Shown here piece by piece: positions 24,990 through 39,580 of a stretch of DNA of 64,000 nt; the stretch's first letter is position 1; every line of letters begins with the position of its first letter. Source of the DNA: Octopus sinensis (lineage: Eukaryota); the NCBI RefSeq assembly GCF_006345805.1, contig NC_043004.1, forward strand, positions 90,334,001-90,398,000. The letters are read 5' to 3'. The translations under genes were made by a program, and so were the position numbers. A model generated the notes under the pieces. The model had not been told where the DNA came from and made no database searches. It saw only the letters and a list, made by a program, of their open reading frames with translations.

Positions 24990-26335
24990 GTATATGTATA
25001 TGTAATATGCATTCAGGTATGTAAATGTGAGAAAAGGATGTCCTGTTTGGAGTCAAGACATAACAATCCATGTTCAGATATATTTGTGATAATATATTTT
25101 GCTGGCTGAACTTGTCAGTTTTTGCTTTGGTTTAACTGTCATTGAGAATAGACATATTCACTTAGTTAACTGACTTTCAATTTTTGTTGTCACTATTTGG
25201 AATGACAGTCATAATAATAATATATTTGTGTGTGTGTGTGTGTGTATATGTAGGTAGATAAAAAGTTGAGTAAAACCGTTTCATCTCTTGTGTATACCAC
25301 ATTTCTCCAGATATTCTGAACAGTCAACTGAAAAAATGTTTCATCCTTGTCTTGTCATGTATTGTATGGTAAATCTGTTAGCTTAACCTGGCTGTCCCTC
25401 TCTTTTCCACATTTTTCACTCACACTCACGTGTAGTTAGTCACAGATCTCTGTGGAGCATATCTTGGATCAAATGTATTCCAACTGCTGTCAATTTTTTC
25501 TTTTCTTTTTTTATCTTTTTTGTAATCCAATTGTCGAATGTCCTTCCTCTTTTAAGACACAGCAGGTTGAAGGAATTTAGTTGCTATTTTTACCATGTTG
25601 GGTGACAATGTACAGAATACCTTGTTGGCTGGAGTTTCTTCTAGTTGAACTTTCTTTGTATGACTTAAAAATTGATCTGTGCCACTGTGTGTGACTAAGT
25701 ATAAGTGCTGGAGTATGTCTCTCTCAGGGTGTATGTAACAGAGGTGGCGGAGGAAGTATATATTGTGAGCCTGCTTTTCCCTAACACTGTAAAATCATGA
25801 TCAAGTTCACTATTTCTCTCAAACTGGAAAATGAATTTTAAATAAAGTTTGCCATGTGGTTTATGTGGTTTACTTTTTGCAGTTGTTTATTATTATTGAA
25901 TCAATGAAGGACAAAATTGTATGCCTTGGGCAACTCAATTGCAGTTCCTTTTCATTATACTGGTTATACGTTTGAAAATATTTTTGCCTGTTTCCTATGC
26001 CTCCACAAACCTCTTGCTTCAAAGTATTGAAATTTATTGAAGATTGTAACAACTAAACTTTCATGCAACAGCCAACAAAATCCCCTCAAGCAGGGTTTTT
26101 TAAAATAAAATAAAAAAAAAATTTGTAAGCCTTAAACTTTTAACTAAAGAACTGCAAAGTAGTGGCAAAGGTGGCATTGTAAGAAAAAAAAAAATTGGCA
26201 ATTGTATTTCTTGAATAATGTTGACAAGTGTAAAATTCTGATGACTTGAAAACAAAAGACCTGACATCACAAGTAAGAACTTTAAATTTAGCTGAAGCCA
26301 AAAGAAATGCTTTCATTCATGACCAAAATGTCTTC

Positions 26336-26632
26336 ATCATCATCATCGTTTAGCATCTGCTTTCCATGCTAGCATGGGTTGGATGGTTCAACTGGGGTCT
26401 GGGAAGCCAGAAGGCTGCACCAGGCCCAGTCTGATCTGGCAATATTTCTACGGCTGGATGCCCTTCCTAATGCCAACCACTCCGTGAGTGTAGTGAGTGC
26501 TTTTTATGTGCCACCGACACAGGTGCCAGACGAGGCTGGCAAACAGTCATGATCGGATGGTGCTTTTTATGTGCCACCGGCACGGGACCAGTGGGGCGGC
26601 GCTGGTAACGGCCCGGCGCTGGCAATGGCCAT
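26336..26632 (-). mobile_element. Family C element
   Basis: Family C motifs. Confidence 0.85.
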
Positions 26633-28061
26633 AAATATTATTACGACTGCTTTGTATTTTTTCTTTTATTTGTGAGGTATAGAAATGACTAGAGAAAGTT
26701 CATCAAAAAGTGCCAGATGCCATGAGAAGGATTTTCTGTTCCTTGTGTGAAAAGCAGTTATAAACTCATCGCCAATGTATTAATTTCTATAACTTAAGTC
26801 TTTCATTTCTACTAGAACATCTTTTGTCTCGTTTGTTTCGTGTATTCATTATTGTTGTTGTTGAATGTAGCTTCTACTCTCAGTTAATGCAAGCTTTGAT
26901 TGACCGCGGAAGACTAATAATTTTATCAGAGCTAACATTAAGTGGAATGGTTTAGCCATTGGACCATTCTTGTGATGGCATCAACACTGCACGGTTCCTG
27001 AATTATGGGAATATGTGAAACACACTGAACAGTTTGTATTAACCCTTTAGCATTTAAACTGGTCATATCTGGCCCAGATATTCTACATTTTATATTCAAA
27101 CTAACCAACAGATCTGGCTTCTTGCACCTACTCCACAATGTCATTCTAAAAATGATCACATTGAAATCTCAAAGCTATAAAAGTTGAAACAGCAGTTCTG
27201 TGAGTTACGCACAGTCTCTGTTGGGGTGTAATACACCAGGGTTTGACTTTACTATATATTAACACTTAGTAAAAACGACTCAGGCTATAGAATCTGTCTC
27301 CTTGATCTTTGTTGGAACTTACTATTCCTATCTTGAAACATAATTTTTAGTGACTGTTGATGAATGCCCACATTACCATTTTATTTTTCCATGTGCTGAT
27401 ATCCAACTGTATCTTAATGTTTCCCAAAGCTATACTCTGTAGTTGGCACTCACAATGCTAACAGCAGTAAAAGATGAGTTCAAATCATGGAAGATTGAAA
27501 TCAACGAGGTATTTTGCTGAGTAAAACTCATCTTACACAACCAGTGGACAATTTGAGTAAACCCATTAAGCAATATGCAAGTTAGTATTGTTAGCTTTGA
27601 AGTCATAGATTCTAGAATCTCATTAATTAATGAATCTGCTCTTTACTGCTACCAATAAGGTTTCTCATGTTTCTCTAGTTGAGGTTTCTTTATTTTCTTT
27701 GCTGATTTCTCTTGGTCCTTTATATATGTAAATAAATATTTAAAAAAAAAAAAAAAAAAAAGAAACGTACGCAAATGCAGAAGTGATCCTTTCGTAGATG
27801 CTGAGCTACTAGAATGCGACAAGTCTGTCTATAGTTAGAGAGGCAATGAGATGAATAGCAGACTTGGTTTTTGGTTATGTCCCTTTAATCTTTAAGCTCA
27901 AACCATGCTGAAATTGACCTTACCTGTCATTCTTCCATGGTTGTTAAAAGAATCTAATTACCTATAGCTCTACCACTCCCAGATTTGTTTCCTTAACCTC
28001 TTATTTAATAAATTACTCCTATTATTGAATGTAGGGAATGTGGAATCATCAGAATCCTTAA

Positions 28062-28273
28062 CACCCAACAATTATTTTGAAAATAAATGTATTTTTTCAG
28101 ACATATTTTTTATATGACATATTTTTTATAATATGACATATTTTTTATAATAGACGAAGGAACTCGTTTGCTGTCGATTTTGGTGAGTCTATCTTTTGAC
28201 GAGTTAACTCGCCAGAGATAGAAAAAAACGATTTCGGTCAAAACGCATATATTCGTTTCTGCCGGGTAAGGGG
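28062..28273. mobile_element. TTAA-flanked MITE-like insertion
   Basis: TTAA at both ends, right end taagggg|ttaa, CpG-rich body. Confidence 0.5.
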
Positions 28274-29773
28274 TTAATTAAATACTTGCAGCAGTATTTT
28301 GTTGTCGCTTTACCTATGATTTCAAATCTTGCCTGAGTCAACTTTTTGTTTTATTCTTCAGAAAGTCAATAAAATAATTGGCAAGTAAAATAACATATAA
28401 TTTGTAGTTGAGCTGGCAAAATTGATAGAGCATCATAAAAAAATTAAATTAAATAAATGCCTTTTGTTTCAGGGTCTTTATGTTGTGAGTTCAAATCCTG
28501 CTGAGCTCAACTTTACATTTCATCTTTTTGAAATCAATAAAGTACCTGTTAAATACTAGGATAGATTGTAATGATTAAGCCATTTTTCCTCAAAATTACT
28601 GTACTTGCACCTAAATCAAAAACTGCTGCTGCTGTTCTTCTTCTTAATCATAATAATAATCCTTTCTACTATAGGTACAAGACTTGAAATTTTGGGGAAA
28701 AAGACTAGTCGATTACACCGCCTCCATTGCGTAACTGGTACTTAATTTATTGACCCCAAAAGGATGAAAGGCAAAGAAAGTCAACCACGGCAGAATTTAA
28801 ACTCAGAATGTAGCAGCAGACAAAATATGGCTAAGTATTTCACCCAGCGTGCTAACAATTCTGTCGGCTCATCACCTTAATCATAATAATAATAATAATA
28901 ATAATAATCTGACAGAAATGGTAAAATACTGGACTGCTCATCTGTATTTCATTTATTGTCCTATATCCTGTGTTCAAATCCTGCTGTGGCTGACTAATGA
29001 GATTGATAAAATAAGCAATGTACTGAGGGAATTTATGGCTTCATACAAATCTAAGAAATTCTTCTTCCTCTTCTTTTTCAAGCAGCGAGCTGGCAGAATC
29101 GTTAGCTCACTGGAAGAAATTCTTAGTATTTCGCCTGTTGCTACATTCAGAGTTCAAATTCCGCCATGGTTAGCTTTGCCTTTCATCTTTTCAGGGTTGA
29201 GAAACTAGGTACCAGTTGAGTACTGCAGTTGATATAATCAACAGGTCCCCTCACTCAAGATTGTTGCCCTTGGTCCTTTAAAAGAAAGGATTATTATTAT
29301 TTGTTTATCTGACATAACGAGAAACTGAGAAACAAACATTACAGTACAGAACAATTAAATTCTCCAAATAGATGGTTGTACAATGTTTATGTATGTATGT
29401 ATGTCTGAGTGTGATAACTTGTTCAATATTGTTCTATTGATTTTTGCTTTTTAAATAAGTTTTCTTGCCACTGAAGACTAGGTCTTTAAGCTTCACTCAT
29501 GCCTCACATTCTTTGCGCCAACATTAATTAGGTTTTTTTTTTTATTTTTAATCAGTCAGGTTTAGGATGATTAAAATAGTAGAATTTTTTTTTTTTCCTT
29601 ATTAAATCTCAGGGGGGGGGAAATGAAAACAATGCACGTAGGTGTTGAAGATGTCTCAAGCAACCAACCGACCCATAATTGTCTGTTAGATGTCTTTGTT
29701 CTATTGTAAGTGCTTTGCTGATGGAAAACAAGAGTTCTTTAAATAAACACTAACCTATTTTCTGATTGAACAG

Positions 29774-29887
29774 CTAGAATTATGTCACAGAAGACAAAGG
29801 TGGTTCTTATCGTGGTTTCTCTTGTCTGCTTTATTCTTAATTGTACATTCACTAGTCTTTCATATGGCTGCCTACTATCTTGGTATT
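29774..29887 (+). CDS. Candidate 114-nt phase-0 cassette exon with a hydrophobic segment (LELCHRRQRWFLSWFLLSALFLIVHSLVFHMAAYYLGI)
   Basis: Branch point cactaac about 20 nt upstream of aacag|, open frame, donor ATT|gtatgt. An overlapping frame (MSQKTKVVLIVVSLVCF) is also open and hydrophobic. Confidence 0.3.
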
Positions 29888-29998
29888 GTATGTGTGTATA
29901 TATATATATATGTGTATGTATATATATATATATATATATGTGTATGTATATGTATGTATGTACATATGTATGTATATGTATGCACATGTATATGTATG

Positions 29999-30029
<31 letters not shown>

Positions 30030-30166
30030 ATAAATGTATATATTTGTGTGTGTGTGTATAAATATATGTATATATGTTTGTGTATGTATATGTGTATGTA
30101 TATATGCATGTATATATGTATGTATATGTGTGTATGTATATGTGTGTGTATGTATATATATATATA

Positions 30167-30328
30167 GTGTGGAAGCAAGGATTAGAATTGAAGGGCCTTA
30201 GAGTCAACTTAGCTAAAACCAAAGTCCTTATAAGTGGGAAGGCAGACAAACCACAAATCCCTTTAGGTAGATGGCCCTGCTTGGTCTGTAGAAAAGGCGT
30301 AGGTAGAAACTCTATAAGATGTACCCAG
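30167..30328 (+). mobile_element. Short RTE LINE fragment, same family as 22324-23256
   Basis: VWKQGLELKGLRVNLAKTKVLISGKADKPQIPLGRWPCLVCRKGVGRNSIRCT closely matches the other copy. Confidence 0.85.
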
Positions 30329-30494
30329 TATAAAAGGTATATATTTTTTTCTATTTTCTCTTTGACAGAAAGGAACACAGGAATAAACAGGGAGAGAAAA
30401 TACAAAAGGTTTAGTGGCTAGCGATCTATCATGGTGAATGCCGGACAGAGGGGTCACATAGGGGACTAGGAAGAAGCGGAGATAATAAAGTAGA

Positions 30495-30541
<47 letters not shown>

Positions 30542-30601
30542 ATGTATGTATATGTATATCTATACATACGTATATCTGTACATATGTATATCTGTGTGTA
30601 A

Positions 30602-30642
<41 letters not shown>

Positions 30643-30643
<1 letters not shown>

Positions 30644-31876
30644 TGGGGTTGGACAAAATAATGGAAACCCTTTAAAATTTCAAACAAATCTATTTTAATA
30701 TGGGGTAGGACCGCCTTTGGCAGCAATTACAGCATGAATTCTACAAGGTATGTACTCATACAAAGTTTGAATTATTTCCAAAGGGATTTTTGTCCATCCT
30801 TCAGATAAAATAGTCTCCAGTTCTTGCAGTAATGATGGCAGAGGATATTGGCTCCTTACTTGTTTTTCTGAAATGCACCATAAATGTTCAATAATATTGA
30901 AATCTGGGGACTGTGGTGGCTAGATAAGATGTTCAACCTCACTAAAATGTTCCTCGTGCTATTCAGTAACAACTTTAGCTGTTTGAATTGCTGCATTATC
31001 ATCCTCAAAGATTGTGTTTCCCTCCAGAAACAGTTCCGCAACCATAGGATGAATTTGATCAGATAAAATGCTTAAATAGTCTTGACTGTTAATTCTTCCA
31101 TGAAGGGAAACCATTGGGCCAGTGGATTTCCAAGATGTAGCCCCCACAGAGCATCACAGATCCTCCATGTTTAACAGTTGGAAGTAGGCAGTCTGGGTCA
31201 AATGCTTCTTTTGACTGTTTCCACATGTATACTCAGCCAGTGGTCGGAAATAAGGTAAAGGATGACTTGTCTGAGAAAATAACATTCTTTCACAGCTCTA
31301 GGGGACCAATTCTGTAGGCTTTTACTCCACTCTAAACACTTTGCAACATTTGTTTTTGAAAGTAGTGGTTTTCTGATTGCAGCCCAACTGTAAAATCTGG
31401 TTTTATGCTGTTCCCGGCGAACAGTTTTTGTGGAATTTGGGTTCTTGAGGTGGTCATTAAGCTCTGCAGTAATTTTGGGAGTTGTACTTTTGTGATCCTT
31501 TCTAACGATCCGCGTAAAAGTCCGACAGTCCCTATCTGAAAGTTTTGGTTTTCTTCTAGAGTTTTGTTTTGACAAGGAGGTTTTTCCCTCTTTCTTAAAG
31601 GCTGTCATTACTTTTGAGACAGTACTTTGAGACCAAACATCATGCTAGCACCTGCCATACAAGGACCAACAATTTGTACTCTTCAAAAGTCCAATAGATC
31701 TGTTATTTTAATGAATTTTAACTACCTTTTTCTGATGATATCTGAAAGAAAAAAAAACAGCAATTTTAACAAAACACTAATAATAAATCAAAAAGCATAA
31801 AAATAAACAAGCTTTTGACGGTTTTGTAGATATTTCAAAATTATGATGCTATGATGCTTATTTTCTCCAACCCCTG
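30643..31876 (-). mobile_element. Decayed near-full-length Tc1-like transposon
   Basis: TIRs C(T/A)GGGGTTGGA(C/G)AAAATAA at both ends, TA at the right end. Frameshifted transposase pieces: RKPKLSDRD, TVRR, KPLLSK, FEDDNAAIQTAK, PDFNIIEHLW. Confidence 0.9.
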
Positions 31877-33059
31877 TATGTATGTGTATATATATGTATA
31901 TGTGTGTATATATATATGTATGTATATATATGTATTGTATTATGTATGTATTTGTATATATATATATATAATATATATATATATATGTATTGTATTATGT
32001 ATGTATTTGTATATATATATATGTATTGTATTATGTATGTATTTGTATATATATATATATATATTTGTATGTATGTGAATGTGTGTGTGTGTATGTATTT
32101 GTATGTATGTGTATACTTGTATGTATATATATGTGTTTGCATATGCGTATGCATACGTATGTATGTGTTTGTGTATGTATATAAATATGTGTATATAATA
32201 TACATGTGTATGTATATAAATGTATATATATATGTTTACATATATATATAGAGAGAGAAAGAGATACATAATGATATTGGGTATGTGTTGAGGCATGATT
32301 ATATTGCATTAGATTTTGATACATGATACATATAGATATAGTGTATGTATGATTTGTTGATACTTAATGATATTGTGTGTGCATTGATACATAAAAATAT
32401 TGGAGATGGGAGCCAGGTGTACATGAAGAGAGAAACGTATTGGATAGGGAGATGCATATTGATACACAATGTGTGTTTTATACATAATGATATTGTTTGT
32501 GCATTGATAAATTAAAATATGGTGGGGGTTTAGATGTGATGGCTAGATAGAAATTTGGAGAAGAGGTAGACATGTGTGTGTGTATTGACAGAAAAATATT
32601 GGGATGTGTATTGATGCATAATATATGATGTGGGTGTTAATAATAATACATAATATTGTGGGTGTATTGATACATAATGATATTGTGGTTGTATTGATAC
32701 ATAATGATATTGTGGGTGTATAATGATATAGTATTGCAAATATTAAAGCTTATGATGCAGCAATATGTATTGACAACGTATAATGATATTTTTTTTTATC
32801 AATTCATAATGTTATATTGTGTGTATAATGACACATAATAAAATATTGTTACGTGGATAACTCAGATGTATAAACACGAAGAAGCAGAGATGCATGTGCA
32901 TACTCAAATGAGTATGCATGCACATAATCACATGCACTCATTGTTCGAGCAGTCGTTCTTTATTTAAGCGTGACATGAACATACAGATATGCACAAAGGC
33001 ATGTTCCTTTTACATACACATGACCACACCTGTATGTGCATGCACATGTACTTACACAT

Positions 33060-33530
33060 ACAAGTACACACACACACAGGTACATGCACACACACACACA
33101 CACACACAGGTACACGCACACACACACAGGTACACGCGCGTGCACACACACACACACATACGCACACACACAGGTACATGCACACACACACACACACACA
33201 GGTACACGCGCGTGCACACACACACACACACATACGCACACACACAGGTACATGCACACACACTCACACTCACACACACACAGGTACACGCGCGTGCACA
33301 CACACACAGGTACATGCACACACACTCACACACACACAGGTACACGCGCGTGCACACACACACACACATACGCACACACACATACGCACACACACAGGTA
33401 CATGCACACACATACGCACACACACAGGTACATGCACACACACACACACACACAGGTACACGCGCGTGCACACACACACACACACACAGGTACATGCACA
33501 CACACTCACACACACACAGTGTACACAGGC
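33060..33530. repeat. Compound (CA)n minisatellite with caggtacacgcgcgtg / caggtacatg units
   Basis: Direct reading; source of the His/Thr- and Cys/Val-rich pseudo-ORFs. Confidence 0.9.
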
Positions 33531-33667
33531 ATGTGTACATAGTTATGTAGCATATCTGGAAAATATTTCAGAAATGTCAGATCTATGTGTAGTAACACAC
33601 CTTAAGCATAGTCTCCAGTATCTTTCTTTATTTCCTTCCTTCTTTCTTTCTTTAAATTGTCCCCTCC

Positions 33668-33760
<93 letters not shown>

Positions 33761-33846
33761 ACACACACACACACACATATACATATACACACATACATAT
33801 ATATATATATATATACACACATACATATATATATATATACACACAC

Positions 33847-33889
<43 letters not shown>

Positions 33890-34852
33890 AGGTGATCTTT
33901 TGTTCTCTCTCTCTCTCTATGTACTATCACATAAATTGCCCTATTTCTCCATCCAATCCATTAGCTTACTATTAATGTTCTGCTACTGCACTATATTTTC
34001 CAGGTTGCTTAGAACAAATTACACAGCCTTGGGTTTCTTTCTTCCCCCCCCCCCCCGCCTCACCTGCCATTTCTTTCTTTGTAACATTATCTACTGAGCA
34101 CCTTTTTTTTTTTTTTTTTTTTTTAACTTGTGTGAATCAAGGTTGATTTCTTTTCTATTTCAATTTTTTAATATTTATTTTGTTTCTGTTGCTTAAATAA
34201 GATCAGAATAGCAGAATTCTAGTGGACAGACTACAGTTTTGATTTCAAATTCTCTCTTGGCATTTCAGAGTATTTAGTTTGTGTGTATAGATGGATAATG
34301 TTTCTTTCCTGCCAACAACAGGCCTGGTCTCAAATGTTACTCTATTTGATCTCATGACACACTCCTTTGATATATTACATCTTTTTTTCTCTACAGCCAA
34401 TGAATGAGCCTCTACATAGTCACTTGATCTGCTAGAAATAGCAACCAGTCCCTCACAAATCACACTTTGTCTTTATGGAAAAAAAAAAAAAAAGGACATA
34501 TTAGATTATATAGCCCTAGGTATAGTCATCATCATGAATTGTTGTTTACATGATGGCAGTGTGATATGTGGGGGACTGACTGCTGTTTCTAGCAGGCTGA
34601 GTGGTCATGTGGAAACTTAGTTGTTCCACAAAGATTGGAATATCTTTAAGTCTGCTCAATCAAAGTTGATGTCAGGCTAAACAACAATGGTATGGATTAT
34701 TGCCTCTTCCTCTTGACCAAACCAATGATGCTACTCTACTCGTTTGAACCTTCTCTTCTGTCTTGTTTTTCATCCTTTTGTTATCTTATTTCTATTGAAA
34801 TAAACCAGATCCGACTTCTCCTACCTACTCCACAATGTCATTCTAAAAATAT

Positions 34853-35009
34853 GGAGTGGCTGTGTGGTAAGTAGCTTGCTTACCAACCACATGGTTCCGG
34901 GTTCAGTCCTACTGCGTGGCACCTTAGGCAAGTGTCTTCTACTATAGCCTCGGGCCGACCAACGCCTTGAGTGGATTTGGTAGACAGAAACTGAAAGAAG
35001 CCCGTCGTA

Positions 35010-35060
<51 letters not shown>

Positions 35061-35268
35061 ATGTTTGTGTGTCTGTGTTTGTACCCCTAGAATTTGCTTG
35101 ACAACCGATGCTGGTGTGTTTATGTCTCCGTCACTTAGCGGTTCGGCAAAAGAGACCGATAGAATAAGTACTGGGCTTACAAAGAATAAGTCTTGGGGTC
35201 GAGTTGCTCGACTAAAGGCGGTGCTCCAGCATGGCCACAGTCAACTGACTGAAACAAGTAAAAGAGTA
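34853..35268 (+). mobile_element. SINE family A
   Basis: Full-length copy inserted in a MITE. Confidence 0.9.
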
Positions 35269-35472
35269 TACCATTTAAATTTTGAAACTACAAAATAATG
35301 CGTGAGTAATTCAAAACAACAGGAATGAATAAGTATTACGTTTAACAAAGAAATCTGAATGCTAAAGGATTAAAAGGAATTCATCTTGTTTGTTTCTTGT
35401 TACAACTATTTTCTTGTCATAGCATTTAGATGAACATGTTACTGAGGTATCATTTTACAACCAGATGCCCTT

Positions 35473-35820
35473 CATCATCATCATCGTTCAATGTCCATTT
35501 TCCATGCTAGCATGGGTTGGACAGTTCAACTGGGGTCTGGGAAGCCAGAAGGCTGCGCCAGGCCCAGTCTGATCTGGCAGTGTTTCTACAGCTGGATGCT
35601 CTTCCTAACGCCAACCACTCCGAGAGTGTAGTGGGTGCTTTTTATGTGCCACCTGCACGGGGGCCAGACGAGGCTGGCAACGGCCACAATCGGATGGTGC
35701 TTTTTATGTGCCACCGGCACTGGTATCACAGCTACAATTTCCATTGATGTTGAACGATTTTGATTTTCACTTGCCTCAACAGGTCTTCACAAGTAGGGTT
35801 TGTGTCACAAGAAGGAAAGG
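35473..35820 (-). mobile_element. Family C element
   Basis: Family C motifs. Confidence 0.85.
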
Positions 35821-36164
35821 TATTTGTCAGTAAACATTACCTGTCTTTTAAGTAAGGGATCTCTTATTCTACATGTCTTTGAAAGTGCAGAGCCAACTGG
35901 CAATTTAACAGGAAAGTAACAAACTTCACTGCTTGTCACTCAACAAAGTGCATGAGATGTAATCATATGTGCATACACTTGCATGCACACTCACATACAG
36001 ACACACTCATATCACATTATACCCTGTCAGTTTTGTAAAGCACTATGAGCCAATGAGAAAACCTTTACATGGTTCTTGACTAGGAATAGCAACCAAATGA
36101 GCAGATGGACACATAGTGTAATCTTAAGTACGCTCTAAGAAAAAGACAGGATAGTTGTGGCTGG

Positions 36165-36564
36165 GGATCTTTTCTGTACGTATACGGAAAGCGTGTGTAT
36201 AAAATTATAGAATTATTTTGTTTATTAATTGTTTAGATTATTTTCCATTGCTTTCGTTTTTTTTACACGCGTAACAATTAAAATAATTTAACAATTAAGA
36301 AAAAAAATTTAGGGTTAGGGAGAGGTTTAGGGTTAGTGACAGGCTGTTGTCTCAGTTTTAGACGCAGCAAATGATTTTAGGTCAATTAGAGGCGATTCAT
36401 TGGTTAAAATTCGAAAAATTAAACTACGTTAAACAAACGAATTACAATTTTATCAAGAAAGCCAAGAGAAAAAAATGTTTTATTTTGACACATTCTACCA
36501 GTATACGAAGTTTTAAAGTGTTTAGTTAACTAGAAATTGTGTGCCGTTCAAAAGGAAAAGATCT
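36165..36564. mobile_element. MITE with short TIRs and 8-bp TSD
   Basis: GGATCTTTTC...GAAAAGATCT, TSD gtggctgg at 36157-36164 and 36565-36572; internal TTAGGG motifs. Confidence 0.8.
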
Positions 36565-36746
36565 GTGGCTGGAGTGCTTTCGGTCATAACTTTGCTCAAC
36601 AAGGGTTAACTCGGGGCTAAACAACGAAACATTTTGTACTGATTGATCTGTGATAATCAGCTGGTATATTTGACACACGCACATTTGTGCATGATTGGGC
36701 TGTGATTGGACTCAGATCTTTATTTCAAATAAAATCATCAAATTAT

Positions 36747-37149
36747 TACTCTTTTACTTGTTTCAGTCATTTGACTGCGGCCATGCTGGAGCACCGCCTT
36801 TAATCGAGCAACTCGACCCCTGGACTTATTCTTTTGTAAGCCCAGTACTTATTCTATCGGTCACTTTTGCTGAACCACTAAGTAATGGGGACATAAATGC
36901 ACCAGCATCGGTTGTCAAGCAATGCTAGGGGGACAAACACACACACACACACACACACACCACACATACATATATATATATTTATATATATACAACAGGC
37001 TTCTTTCAGTTTCCGTCTACCAAATCCACTCACAAGGCTTTGGTCGGCCTGAGGCTATAGTAGAAACACTTGCCCAAGGTGCCACGCAGTGGGACTGAAC
37101 CCGGAACCATGTGGTTGGTAAACAAGCTACTTACCATGCAGCCACTCCT
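36747..37149 (-). mobile_element. SINE family A
   Basis: Full-length copy. Confidence 0.9.
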
Positions 37150-37629
37150 ATTGGTCACAATTTGTCGAAAATTTGAAGTTGATCAAAATATCAACAATAA
37201 CAAATCTCTATTTAGTGAAGAACAAGAGAGTAGTAAGGGGGGAGATAATTATGTTTTGTCGGTTTCCCATCTTTAACTATAAATGTTTCTCCTCCCCATG
37301 AATGCAGCTGGGCTGACTTATTTCTTAACAAACTACATAAAGATGATTTTTATGTAAATCCAACAACTTGTTAATGGCTGTATGACATTTTCACTTCTCA
37401 TACTAGAACGTTGAATATTTTGTTAAGCTTCCAGTGCTGGGCTCAGATCCTTCATCTCCATTACCCATGGATGTAGTGGACTCTGCCAGGCTAACTTTCC
37501 TCAAGAATTATAGGAATAAAAACAAAGATTCCTGGTAGTTTACCAATTCTGTCTTTGGTTAGAGTTCTTAACTGAACAGTGTATCAGGAGGGTTGGACTT
37601 CTGATGCATATAAATGGAGCTATTTATAT

Positions 37630-37760
37630 CGCTCGGTTCAAAGTCTCCCTTGGCCACAAGTGGCCTGAACTCTTTACATGAACACCACCCTGTACATAAC
37701 TCCATGTCCCCCTACATGACCTTGCTTTTTGAGCCAAAAATTAACTAAACTAAACTAAAC
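37630..37760 (+). mobile_element. CR1/L2-type LINE 3' tail (same family as 41364)
   Basis: Near-identical to the reverse complement of 41364-41488; (TAAAC)n tail. Confidence 0.8.
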
Positions 37761-39580
37761 ATTATGCTACAAGAAAATACAATGCCTGATCTACGGGGTC
37801 ATTGGCTCTTGAACCTATCATGTCCCATGCTGCACTTCACATTGGTCCATTTACATGCACCATGTCTGCTCCTGATAAGTTGTCATCATAATTTAAAAAA
37901 AAAAAAAATTCTTTTAGGGTTAGGGCTTTAAGACAGTTTTGTAGCAAGATACTTTTTATGAGAAATGGTTGTTAGCTCCTAGCTCATTCCTCCTCTTGGG
38001 ACCAGTTGACATTCTCATTTGAATGAATAACCAGGCAGAGATCAGCTGGTTGTAAGAGAGAGAGAGAGAGGGTGGATTGATTTCAATAAATGACTGGTGT
38101 TTTATTTTGACTATGGAAATACAGGCAGGATTTGAATGAAAGAGCTGGAACATATACAGCAAAAGATCGACTGGACGTTCTAATGATTCCACTCACTGAC
38201 TTCTGTTTATATATTTCTATTTATATATCACTGGACTCCAGTTGATTGTAGATCAATCCATTAAGATTTCTTATAAAGCCCAAATTATATAATGAGTATG
38301 TTGTTTGCAGCTGTATTCATTCCATAAAAAATAAAATTTTGTTAAGCTTGGGTTTGGTGGATAAAGTGAGAAAGAATGAGAATAAAAATATACACACACA
38401 CAAAAAGAAAAAAAAGTCTCTTAAATTTGTGTCGCCTTTTGTTGACACACTTTCTGAAACCAGTAATGCCATAGAAAATTACACACAGCACCAACTAACA
38501 AGACCAGTTGCTGAAATCACCATCTTAGATTACAAATTATTATTATTCTAATAACAATAATTATTATTATTATTTTTATTTGTAGTAGTTAATGGCTGAA
38601 TTGGTAGAGGGTAAAATGCTTTGCAGTATTTATCTCCCTTTGTTCCGATTCCAAATCTCATAAAGGTTGACTGCCTTTCATTGCTCTAGTATTGGAGGTT
38701 AATTTGACTATACTTTTCCCCTGTAAAATTTGTGTCCCTGTGCCACTGGGATAGACTTTATCCATCATTTAGTTTAACACTACCATCAGGTTCTTAGGTA
38801 GCTTTAGTGGAGTCCACTCTGTTGCAAGTATTTGAACCAGCTCTTATCTGAAGATAGCTTGATATCCTATTGGAGGTCCTGTAATGTGATGTATGCATTG
38901 CCTTTCTTTTCCCATACCATAGAAATAAAACAAAAAATACTATTCTTCAGGCAGCAAACAGGTAGAATCATGACCGTGTCAGATTAAATGCTTAATGACA
39001 TTTCTTCTGAGTATTCTGAGTTAAAATTCTGCCAAGGTTGACATCGCTTTTTATCCTTGAGAGGAAGGGGGGGGGGGTCAACAAAACAAATTGACCTCCC
39101 TTACCCCTGAAATTAGCTAACCTTATGCCAAAACTTAGAATTATTATTATCAGGGTAGTGAGCTGGCAGAATCGTTAACATGAAGACAAACTGCTTTGTG
39201 ATATTTCTCACTTTTTACATTCTGAATTCAAATCTCACTCTGGTCAACTTTGCTTTTCATGCTTTTGGGATCAATAAAATAAAGTACCAGTCAAGTACTG
39301 GGGTTTATTGTAATCAACTAATTTCTTTTCCCCAAAGTAGAATTATTATTATTTTCCAAAGTTGTGACAGCTACAGCAATAAAAGACAAACTTTTTTGCA
39401 GTAAGTATTTAGCTATGTCCCTTTGTTTTGAGTCCAAATTGCATGAAGGTCAACTTTGTTCTGGGGTTAGTGTCAGTAAAGTACTTGAGGGTAGGGTTTA
39501 CTTGACCATATCAGCATCAGTACTGCACACAGCTAAGTAACATGAACACATGCCAGGTTTTTTTTTTCAAATGGTATTAG

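Noticed and set aside
32918-33975. Long His/Thr- and Cys/Val-rich ORFs (up to 328 aa)
   Set aside because: Translations of a (CA)n compound minisatellite, open in most frames on both strands.
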